Positions 1 through 6,608 of a stretch of 11,313 nt of DNA are shown here, piece after piece. The notes under the pieces were generated by a model. That model was not told the DNA's origin. It saw only the letters and a program-made list of their open reading frames with translations, and did not search any database. The translations under genes and the position numbers were made by a program. The DNA is taken from contig JBKPAK010000034.1 of NCBI GenBank assembly GCA_046726415.1, forward strand, positions 1 to 11,313, read 5' to 3'. Numbering within the stretch: position 1 is the stretch's first letter; each line of letters begins with the position of its first letter. Origin of the DNA: Candidatus Methylomirabilota bacterium (lineage in GTDB: Bacteria; Methylomirabilota; Methylomirabilia; Rokubacteriales; CSP1-6).

Positions 1-1
1 G

Positions 2-1543
2 TACATCCTCGCCCTGCACGAGGCGGTGGCGCTGGGCGCCGCCCATTACTACGCGCAGGCCAGCGGCAAGACCGGCGTGGTGAACCTGCACGTGGCACCC
101 GGACTCGGCAACGCCCTCGGCATGCTCTACAACGCCTGGGAGGCCAACACGCCGCTGCTGGTGACGGCGGGGCAGCAGGACACGCGGATGCGTCTGCCCG
201 AACCTTTGCTGGGGCACGATCTGGCGGCCATGGCCGCACCGCTCGTCAAGTGGAGCGCGCAGGTCGAGCGGGCCGACGAGATGGCCCTCATCGTCCACCG
301 CGCCCTGAAAATGGCGCAGGATCCGCCGGCGGGTCCGGTATTCGTGGCCCTGCCTATCGACGTTCTCGAGCAGGAGACGGAGGTGCGGGCATTGCCGCCG
401 AGCGGCCTCTACCGCGCGAGCCAGCCCGACCCCGCCGGCGTGGCCGCCGCGGGCGAGCTGCTCCTGGGCAGTCGAAGCCCGGTCATCGTCGTGGGCGACG
501 GCGTCGCTCGCGCCCGGGCTCAGGAAGAGCTGGTCGCGTTGGCCGAGCTGGTCGGCGCGCCCGTCTGGTACGAGGGGCAGCATCACCAGATCGACTTCCC
601 CACGTCGCACGCGAGTGCCCGCCAGCGCATGCCCGTCGAGGCGGCAGGTCTTCGCAAGGTCTTCGACGGCGCCGACGTGATCCTGCTCGTCGGCGGCAGT
701 TTCTTCGAGGAGGTGTGGTTCGAGCCAGGTTCGCCCTTCCCGGACGACGCCGCGCTGATCCAGATCGACGAGGCGCCCGCACGTCTCGCCCTCAACTTCG
801 CGGTGCGGGTGGGCTTGCTGGCGAGCCCGCGCTACGCCGTGCGCGCCATCCGCCAGGTCGTGGCCGGCGGCGCTACGGCCGCCTTCCGCGAGGCCGCGAC
901 CGAGCGGAATCGCGCCCTCGCCCGCGGACAGGGCAGCGAGCTCGCCGCGCAACGGGCCCGCGCCGAGGGACGCTGGGACCACGAGCCCATCGCGGTGCCC
1001 CGGCTCATGGCCGAGCTGCGCGATGCCCTCCCGCCCGGGGCGGTCCTCGTCGACGAAGCCATCACGGCGACCGTCGATCTCACGCGCACCCTCCACTTCG
1101 ATCGAGCCGGCGACTACTACGGCTCGCGGGGCGGCGGCATCGGGCAGGCGCTTCCCGGCGCCCTCGGGGTGAAGCTCGCCCATCCCGACCGCCCCGTCGT
1201 GGCCGTGTCCGGCGACGGCTCGGCGATGTACTCCATCCAGGCGCTTTGGACGGCGGCGCACCACGATCTCGCCGTCGTGTACGTCATCATTCACAATCGC
1301 GAGTATCGGATTCTCAAACACAACATGGATGCCTTCCGCCGCCGCTTCGGCGTGGCCGCCGGCCGCGCGTATCCACACATGGACCTCGCCACGCCCGATC
1401 TCGGCTTCGTGGAGATGGCGCGTGGGATGGGTGTGGACGGACGTCGCGTGAGCAAGCCGGGCGAGGTGGGCGCCGCGCTGCGGAGGGCGTTCGACGCGGG
1501 AGCGCCCTGGGTTCTGGATGTCGTCGTCGAAGGGTTCCGCTGA
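2..1543 (+). CDS. ThDP-dependent enzyme, benzoylformate decarboxylase (MdlC)-like; 5' end lies outside the window
   Basis: Frame is open from base 2 (YILALHEAVA, containing the ThDP-activating Glu), so the track's GTG at 26 is internal. VNLHVAPGLGNA matches the BFD catalytic-His segment. ThDP/Mg motif GDGSAMYSIQALWTAA...HNREY. Stop TGA 1541-1543. Confidence 0.9.
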   Translation, partial: YILALHEAVALGAAHYYAQASGKTGVVNLHVAPGLGNALGMLYNAWEANTPLLVTAGQQDTRMRLPEPLLGHDLAAMAAPLVKWSAQVERADEMALIVHRALKMAQDPPAGPVFVALPIDVLEQETEVRALPPSGLYRASQPDPAGVAAAGELLLGSRSPVIVVGDGVARARAQEELVALAELVGAPVWYEGQHHQIDFPTSHASARQRMPVEAAGLRKVFDGADVILLVGGSFFEEVWFEPGSPFPDDAALIQIDEAPARLALNFAVRVGLLASPRYAVRAIRQVVAGGATAAFREAATERNRALARGQGSELAAQRARAEGRWDHEPIAVPRLMAELRDALPPGAVLVDEAITATVDLTRTLHFDRAGDYYGSRGGGIGQALPGALGVKLAHPDRPVVAVSGDGSAMYSIQALWTAAHHDLAVVYVIIHNREYRILKHNMDAFRRRFGVAAGRAYPHMDLATPDLGFVEMARGMGVDGRRVSKPGEVGAALRRAFDAGAPWVLDVVVEGFR

Positions 1544-1547
1544 GGAG
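1542..1547 (+). promoter_or_regulatory. Shine-Dalgarno site (GAGGAG) for the amidase, overlapping the upstream stop codon
   Basis: TGAGGAG at 1541-1547, 6 nt before ATG 1554. Confidence 0.75.
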
Positions 1548-1553
1548 ACCGGC

Positions 1554-2984
1554 ATGGCCAACATTTCCGTCGAGTTCATGACGATCCCCGCGCTGGCGGA
1601 GCATTTGCGCACCGGCGCCCTGAGTCCCGTCGAAGTGGCCGAGGCGACGTTGGAACGCATTGCCGCTCTCGACAAGCGCCTGCACGCTTTTATCGCCGTG
1701 ACGGCCGAGCGCGCCCTGGCTGAGGCGCGCGCGGCCGAACTCCTGCTGCGCGGCGGCCATGATCTCGGGCCGCTTCACGGGATTCCGTACGCGGTCAAGG
1801 ATCTCTACGACGTCGCGGGCCAGCCCACGACCGCGGGCACGCGCCTGCTCGCCGGTAACGTTGCCAGACAGGACTGCGCATCCGTTCGCCGACTCGCCGC
1901 CGCCGGCATGGTGCTGGTGGGCAAGACACATACCGTGCAGTTCGCCTTCGGCGGCGTCGGCATCAACCACGACCACGGGACGCCCCACAACCCGTGGCAT
2001 CCAACGCCGCATGCTCCGGGTGGCTCGAGCAGTGGGTCGGGCGTGGCGGTGGGCGCGGGGCTTGTGCCGGTCGCCTTGGGGAGCGACACCGGCGGCTCGG
2101 TGCGGATTCCTGCCGCGCTGTGCGCTACGGTGGGCCTGAAGACCACCGTCGGCCGCATCAGCCGGGCCGGAGTCTATCCATTGTCGTGGACGCTCGACAG
2201 CGTGGGCCCTCTCTCGCGCACCGTGGAGGATGCTGCGCTGGTCTACGAAGCGCTCCAGGGGCCGGACGCCGCTGACGAGACGACGCTCGGTATCGCGCCC
2301 CATGAGGTTCTCCGTGCGCTGAAGAAGGGCGTCAAGGGGCTGCGGCTGGCCTTCGGCGAGACCGTCTTCTTCGACGACGTGACCCCGGAGATCGACGCCG
2401 GCGTCCGCGAGGCCGGCAGGGTCCTCCGCGGGCTCGGCGCCCAGGTAGAGAGCGTAGCAGTGCCGGAGGTCGCCGAGGCCGTGAGCGAGCAGCGGCGGGC
2501 CGCGGCCATCGCCGCCGAGGCGCTGGCGGTGAACGGGCGCCTCCTCGACGAGCATCCCGACGCGCTCGACCCCGTCGTGTTTCAGCGGATGAAGGGCGGG
2601 CGGCAGCTCTCGGCGACCGACTACTTCCTCGTTCTGCGGCAGTGGGCGGCGCTGCGGACGCGCGTGGTCCGCACCCTGGCGGACGTCGACGCGCTGCTCG
2701 TCCCGGCCACCATGATCCCGCCCCGCCCCCTCGCAGCTATCGACGCCAGCCTCGAGGCGTACAACGACGCCAACGGCCGCTATCTTCGCAACACCGCCGT
2801 GGGCAACCTCCTCAATCTCTGCGCGGTGACCTTGCCGTGCGGCATGACCCGGGACGGCCTGCCCATCGGGCTGATGATCTACGCCAAACCCTTCGACGAA
2901 GTCACGGCCCTGCGCGTGGCCTCTGCCTACGAGCAGGCCACCGAGTGGCATGGCCGCCGCCCAGACCTCAGGTGGGCCCAATGA
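1554..2984 (+). CDS. Amidase-signature family amidase (GatA/AtzE-like fold; substrate unknown)
   Basis: Lys-cisSer-Ser triad motifs YAVKDL, PGGSSSGS and GSDTGGSVRIPAA; C-terminal GLPIGLMI...ALRVASAYEQAT. Start placed at SD-preceded ATG 1554 rather than 1518, which overlaps the upstream gene. No gatB/gatC adjacent. Confidence 0.93.
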   Translation: MANISVEFMTIPALAEHLRTGALSPVEVAEATLERIAALDKRLHAFIAVTAERALAEARAAELLLRGGHDLGPLHGIPYAVKDLYDVAGQPTTAGTRLLAGNVARQDCASVRRLAAAGMVLVGKTHTVQFAFGGVGINHDHGTPHNPWHPTPHAPGGSSSGSGVAVGAGLVPVALGSDTGGSVRIPAALCATVGLKTTVGRISRAGVYPLSWTLDSVGPLSRTVEDAALVYEALQGPDAADETTLGIAPHEVLRALKKGVKGLRLAFGETVFFDDVTPEIDAGVREAGRVLRGLGAQVESVAVPEVAEAVSEQRRAAAIAAEALAVNGRLLDEHPDALDPVVFQRMKGGRQLSATDYFLVLRQWAALRTRVVRTLADVDALLVPATMIPPRPLAAIDASLEAYNDANGRYLRNTAVGNLLNLCAVTLPCGMTRDGLPIGLMIYAKPFDEVTALRVASAYEQATEWHGRRPDLRWAQ

Positions 2985-4282
2985 CGGAAGGGACGGGGCA
3001 CGTCCCGGCGGGGGATGGCGTATGCGAGCGCGTCGCCATGGCGCGAGACGCCGTCGTCAACGGGGTGGGCACCCTGCCCCAGAGGGTGCGCCGCGATTTC
3101 TCCCGCGTCGATCACGACGAGGCCATTCGCCGCGCGCAGGACATCGTGCCCCTCCTGCGCGAACGCGCGCAGCGGAGCGAGGAGACGCGGATTCTGCTGC
3201 GCGAGAACGAGCAGCTCCTGCACGAGACGGGACTGTTCCGGTATCACCAGCCGCGCGCGTTCGGCGGCATGGAGCTATCCTTCGTGGCGGTGGTGGACAT
3301 CGTGGCCGAGCTGGCTCGCGGCTGCCCGTCGACGGCGTGGAACGTGGGCAACCTGGGCATCCATCACTGGATCCTCGCCTTCTACGAGCCCGAGACCCAG
3401 CACGAGGTGTGGGACGCGAACCCCGATGCCCTGATCGCCTCGTCCATCGCGCTGGCCGCCGGTCGCGCGCGGCGGGTGGACGGCGGCTTCGTGGTAAGCG
3501 GCCGCTGGCCCTTCTCCTCCGGCGTGGACAATTCCGACTGGAACATGCTGGCCGTCACCGTGGTCGACGATGATGGGCGGACCCCGGTCGACTGGCGACT
3601 GTGCCTGGTGCCGAAGGACGACTACGAGATCATCGACACCTGGTACGCCATGGGCATGGTGGGCACGGGCAGCAAGGACATCGCGGTGCGCGAGCTGTTC
3701 GTGCCCCAGCGACGCGCCCTTCCGCTCACGCGCTGTCGCGGCGGCCTCGAGCATCCCGGCGCGAAGCTCAACGCGAGCCCTCTCTACCGGATTCCCATCG
3801 TGGCCGCCTCGGGGCATCCGCTGGCCGCGGCGGCACTCGGCGCCGCCCAGGGAGCCCACGAGCTGTTCGTCGAGACGATGGCCAAGCGGACGGGCACCTA
3901 TACCGGGGCCAAGATCTCCGAGTTCCAGGCGGTACAGATCAAGGTGGCGCGGGCCCGCTGCCTGATCGACTCGTCGCGCGAGCTGATGCGGCAGTCGGCC
4001 ATCGAGTTGCAGCATCGGGCCGAGCGAAACGAGGTTCCGGATCTGGAGACCAAGCTGCGCTTCCGCGCCCATACCGCATTTGCCGTGAACCAGGCCCGGG
4101 AGGCCGTGGAGGCGCTGTGGTCCTGCTATGGCGCCAACGGAATCTACACTCGCGACCCGCTCCAACGGTACCTGCGCGACGTGTTCACCATCAATCAGCA
4201 CTTCTCGTTCAACTTCGATATCGCCGGCGCGGCGTATGGGCTTCTGGTGCTGGGGGGGACGTACGCAAACCCGACGATCTGA
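2981..4282 (+). CDS. Flavin-dependent monooxygenase, oxygenase component (acyl-CoA dehydrogenase fold, HsaA/C2-HpaH-like)
   Basis: Motifs LARGCPSTAW, GRWPFSSGVDNSDW, DTWYAMGMVGTGSKDI and DPLQRYLRD are typical of group D oxygenases. ATG 2981 overlaps the amidase stop (ATGA). ATG 3038 is an alternative start. Confidence 0.88.
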   Translation: MTEGTGHVPAGDGVCERVAMARDAVVNGVGTLPQRVRRDFSRVDHDEAIRRAQDIVPLLRERAQRSEETRILLRENEQLLHETGLFRYHQPRAFGGMELSFVAVVDIVAELARGCPSTAWNVGNLGIHHWILAFYEPETQHEVWDANPDALIASSIALAAGRARRVDGGFVVSGRWPFSSGVDNSDWNMLAVTVVDDDGRTPVDWRLCLVPKDDYEIIDTWYAMGMVGTGSKDIAVRELFVPQRRALPLTRCRGGLEHPGAKLNASPLYRIPIVAASGHPLAAAALGAAQGAHELFVETMAKRTGTYTGAKISEFQAVQIKVARARCLIDSSRELMRQSAIELQHRAERNEVPDLETKLRFRAHTAFAVNQAREAVEALWSCYGANGIYTRDPLQRYLRDVFTINQHFSFNFDIAGAAYGLLVLGGTYANPTI

Positions 4283-4304
4283 GGGGCCCGGAGCCTCCTG
4301 ATGT

Positions 4305-4334
4305 CGGCGAGCCGGGCCGGCGCCCGCTTCGCCG
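4305..4334. terminator. GC-rich stem-loop between convergent genes; possible (bidirectional) terminator
   Basis: Arms CGGCGAGCCGGGC (4305-4317) and GCCCGCTTCGCCG (4322-4334) pair at 13 positions with one G-U and one mismatch; 4-nt loop. No strong U tract. Confidence 0.4.
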
Positions 4335-4342
4335 GAGACCTT

Positions 4343-4813
4343 TCAGAGGAGGATCGGCGCGGGAAGACCGGTGCGCCGATGCTCGAGATACCACGCGACC
4401 GTGTCGCCGTGGTCGAATGCCAACGTGTCGAGGGGGGGCAAGCTGGCGATCGGGACCCATGCGATGGCCGACGACTCCGTGTCCGGTTCGCCCACCTCGC
4501 GGATCGGCGCCACCACGAAGTCGAAGGCCACGTTCTGTCGATCCTCGTGCCGCCGGTCCGGCCGCGAGTTGATGCGCAGGAGCGCTACGACCTCGCCCTC
4601 CCACCCGGTCTCCTCGCGCAGCTCGCGGAGCGTCCCCTGGGCGAGTGTCTCGTCCCGATCCAGGAAGCCGCCGGGGAGACCCCACTTGCCGCCCTCGGTG
4701 AGTCGCGCGGCGCGTCGCACCAGGAGGAGCGCATCGTCCTTCTCGACGATCGCGTGCACGACGACGTGGCGCAGCGCGGCCACTGACCCGGTCTCGAACG
4801 TGCAGCGGATCAT
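4343..4813 (-). CDS. NUDIX hydrolase (156 aa)
   Basis: Complete Nudix box G-x5-E-x7-RELREETG (GFLDRDETLAQGTLRELREETGW), preceded by LLLVRR...GKWGLPGG. ATG 4813 has SD GGAGG about 8 nt upstream. Confidence 0.92.
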   Translation of the reverse strand: MIRCTFETGSVAALRHVVVHAIVEKDDALLLVRRAARLTEGGKWGLPGGFLDRDETLAQGTLRELREETGWEGEVVALLRINSRPDRRHEDRQNVAFDFVVAPIREVGEPDTESSAIAWVPIASLPPLDTLAFDHGDTVAWYLEHRRTGLPAPILL

Positions 4814-4976
4814 CGGCAGAGCCTCCGTCCCGAGCAGGCCGCGGCACGGGGCCCATCCGCTTCGTTGATGCCCTCGGCCCTGCGCTCGACGCGCGGAGGG
4901 TCTGCCTGGCGTGCGGCCGTCGGGTACCGACTGGCCTCTGGCCCGCATTGAAGTGTGTGCAGCGTTTCGCCCGGGC

Positions 4977-5486
4977 TCACCGCGACGGCGATCGCGCGAA
5001 CTTCGCGGCGAGGTACGCCGAGAAGTAGCCGCGGTAACGGCGTTGCAGAGCGCGAATCTTCCAGTCGCGGCCGGTGAGCACCCGACGGCACGACCGTGCC
5101 TTGCACGAGCACCGCGTCCGGGTCGGGTGATCCTCTTCCATCGCCCAATCGTAGGTCAGCTCTTCTCCGGAGCGAATGTCGCGCAGAGCGACGAACGTAA
5201 TCTCGCCGCGGATGCCGAGGTTGGGATCGCAGGAATGGTTGAGGTAGAGCTTGTTCTCTCGCACTTCGCGTATGCCGATGGCCCCGATGTAGAGGTCGTC
5301 GTCGATCTGGATGTGGGAGCACGACGCGTACGCGGGCGAGCGGCGCAGAGCCCGCCGGTCGAGGACGTGGCCGCCCTTGATGGCGACGATCTCCCCCCGC
5401 CTGATGGAGCGCACGGCGAACAGCCCGCGCCCGTGGATGGGACTCGGCTGCACGCGTGTCTTGGGCGAGCGGTATGAGCGAGCCAT
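4977..5486 (-). CDS. SET-domain protein with post-SET zinc module (putative SAM-dependent protein methyltransferase, 169 aa)
   Basis: SPIHGRGLFA (GxG SAM motif), YLNHSCDPN, ALRDIRSGEELTYDW, post-SET C-x-C-x4-C (CSCKARSC). ATG 5486 lies 25 nt after the upstream stop. Confidence 0.92.
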   Translation of the reverse strand: MARSYRSPKTRVQPSPIHGRGLFAVRSIRRGEIVAIKGGHVLDRRALRRSPAYASCSHIQIDDDLYIGAIGIREVRENKLYLNHSCDPNLGIRGEITFVALRDIRSGEELTYDWAMEEDHPTRTRCSCKARSCRRVLTGRDWKIRALQRRYRGYFSAYLAAKFARSPSR

Positions 5487-5489
5487 CAG

Positions 5490-5513
5490 AGCGCGCCGCG
5501 GGGCCGGCGCGCT
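5490..5513. repeat. Perfect 9-bp inverted repeat (hairpin) filling the reductase-SET spacer
   Basis: AGCGCGCCG (5490-5498) and CGGCGCGCT (5505-5513), 6-nt loop. Confidence 0.7.
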
Positions 5514-6564
5514 ACACGCCGGCGCGGCGCAGCACCAGGGCGATGTTCTGTGGCTCTGGCTTGCGGTCGCCGCGCTCCACCTCGTGAACGACCTCGACGA
5601 CGGCGGCGGACACCGGCGTGGGGACGCCGCACTCTCGGCCCCGCGCAACCACGTGTCCGTTCATGTAGTCGATCTCCGTGGGTCGGCCCTTGGTGACGTC
5701 CTGCGCCATGGAGGCGCGCCAGCTGCGACTGCCCGGGGAGGCCGGCGTCAACATCCGATCCAGAGCTTCATAGGTGTCGCGGCGGCCCGCATCGGCCCAT
5801 TGCTCGGCGGTGGCCCCTCCGATCTTCGCGACCTGGTAGCCCTGCGCGAGGCCGACGCGAGCAGATTCGGCACCGAGGTGGATGGTCAGAGCGCGTCCGA
5901 CTTCACTGGAGGCGACCTCGAGCGAGCCCAGACCGGACATGGCCTGCACGGGGTTGCCCATGGCGTTGGAGCAGAGCTTGGACCACCGCTCACCCCATAG
6001 GTTGTCCGTAGCCAAAGCGCCGTCGACCACCGAGAGCATCTCGGCCAACTCGCTCACGCGGGGGGTGATGCGCCCGTCGTGCTCACCAGCCCGGAAGACG
6101 TCGTGCCCCTTGCCCTGGCCCTTCTCCATGCCGCGCTGGACTTCGCCGGGCGTCCAGAGCGCCACGCCGATCTTCGACATGACCAGACCGACGGATCGCG
6201 AGGCGCCGGCCACGGCCGCCATCATGGGATCGGGCCAACAATTCTGGGACGACACGAGGTATCCGTCCGGCGCGAGGTGACGAAGGGCGAGCTGGGTCGC
6301 CCACGGCGTGTCGTAGACCTTCATGGCCACGAAGGCGATCTCGAAGTCGCGGAGCAGTCGGGCCGCCTCGTGAAGATGCACGGCGGCCGGGCGCGCCTGG
6401 AATGGGTCGTGGGGGCCGGTGACGGAGAGACCGCCCGCGCGGATCGCCTCCACGTGATCCGCCCAGGGATCGATGAGCGTCACGTCGTGGCCCGCGCGCC
6501 AGAGAAACGCGCCGAGATAGCTGCCGATGGCTCCGGCACCGACGAACAGAATCTTCTTGCCCAT
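5512..6564 (-). CDS. Ketopantoate reductase (PanE/ApbA) family oxidoreductase (350 aa)
   Basis: N-terminal Rossmann motif KILFVGAGAIGSYLG; FVAMK; SSQN; catalytic Lys in RWSKLCSN; C-terminal RASMAQDVTKGRPTEIDYMNG with the catalytic Glu. ATG 6564 has SD GGGAGG just upstream. Orthology to true panE is not established. Confidence 0.9.
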   Translation of the reverse strand: MGKKILFVGAGAIGSYLGAFLWRAGHDVTLIDPWADHVEAIRAGGLSVTGPHDPFQARPAAVHLHEAARLLRDFEIAFVAMKVYDTPWATQLALRHLAPDGYLVSSQNCWPDPMMAAVAGASRSVGLVMSKIGVALWTPGEVQRGMEKGQGKGHDVFRAGEHDGRITPRVSELAEMLSVVDGALATDNLWGERWSKLCSNAMGNPVQAMSGLGSLEVASSEVGRALTIHLGAESARVGLAQGYQVAKIGGATAEQWADAGRRDTYEALDRMLTPASPGSRSWRASMAQDVTKGRPTEIDYMNGHVVARGRECGVPTPVSAAVVEVVHEVERGDRKPEPQNIALVLRRAGV

Positions 6565-6587
6565 GCGTCCTCCCGCGATGCGCTGCG

Positions 6588-6608
6588 TGCGGGTATTATG
6601 GCACTCCA
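6588..6608. promoter_or_regulatory. Putative bidirectional sigma70-type promoter with overlapping -10 elements
   Basis: The only AT-rich patch in the 43-bp divergent spacer. Plus strand TATTAT (6594-6599); minus strand TG-C-CATAAT (extended -10, 6603-6595). Confidence 0.55.

Noticed and set aside
250..1581. Long Arg/Gly/Pro-rich alternative-frame ORFs (250-1581, 3601-4572, 6079-7338, 7983-8792 and others)
   Set aside because: Low-complexity composition typical of off-frame GC-rich DNA; they overlap real genes.
2642..2980. 113-aa N-terminal extension of the monooxygenase ORF in the track
   Set aside because: Overlaps the amidase coding region; the ATGA overlap at 2981 explains the start. The same applies to the extended starts at 4948, 5648, 6873 and 6527.
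1314..2981. 555-aa minus-strand ORF, and similar long antisense ORFs (3275-4201, 6596-8074, 5311-6000, 4301-4786)
   Set aside because: Antisense shadows of well-supported genes; stop-poor reverse frames are expected in high-GC coding DNA and show no family motifs.
1554..2984. Assignment as gatA
   Set aside because: No gatC/gatB context; catabolic neighbours favour a generic amidase.
4343..5486. SET plus NUDIX as an anti-phage defence or effector cassette
   Set aside because: No defence-island, secretion or mobility genes and no obvious compositional shift; nothing in the sequence supports it.
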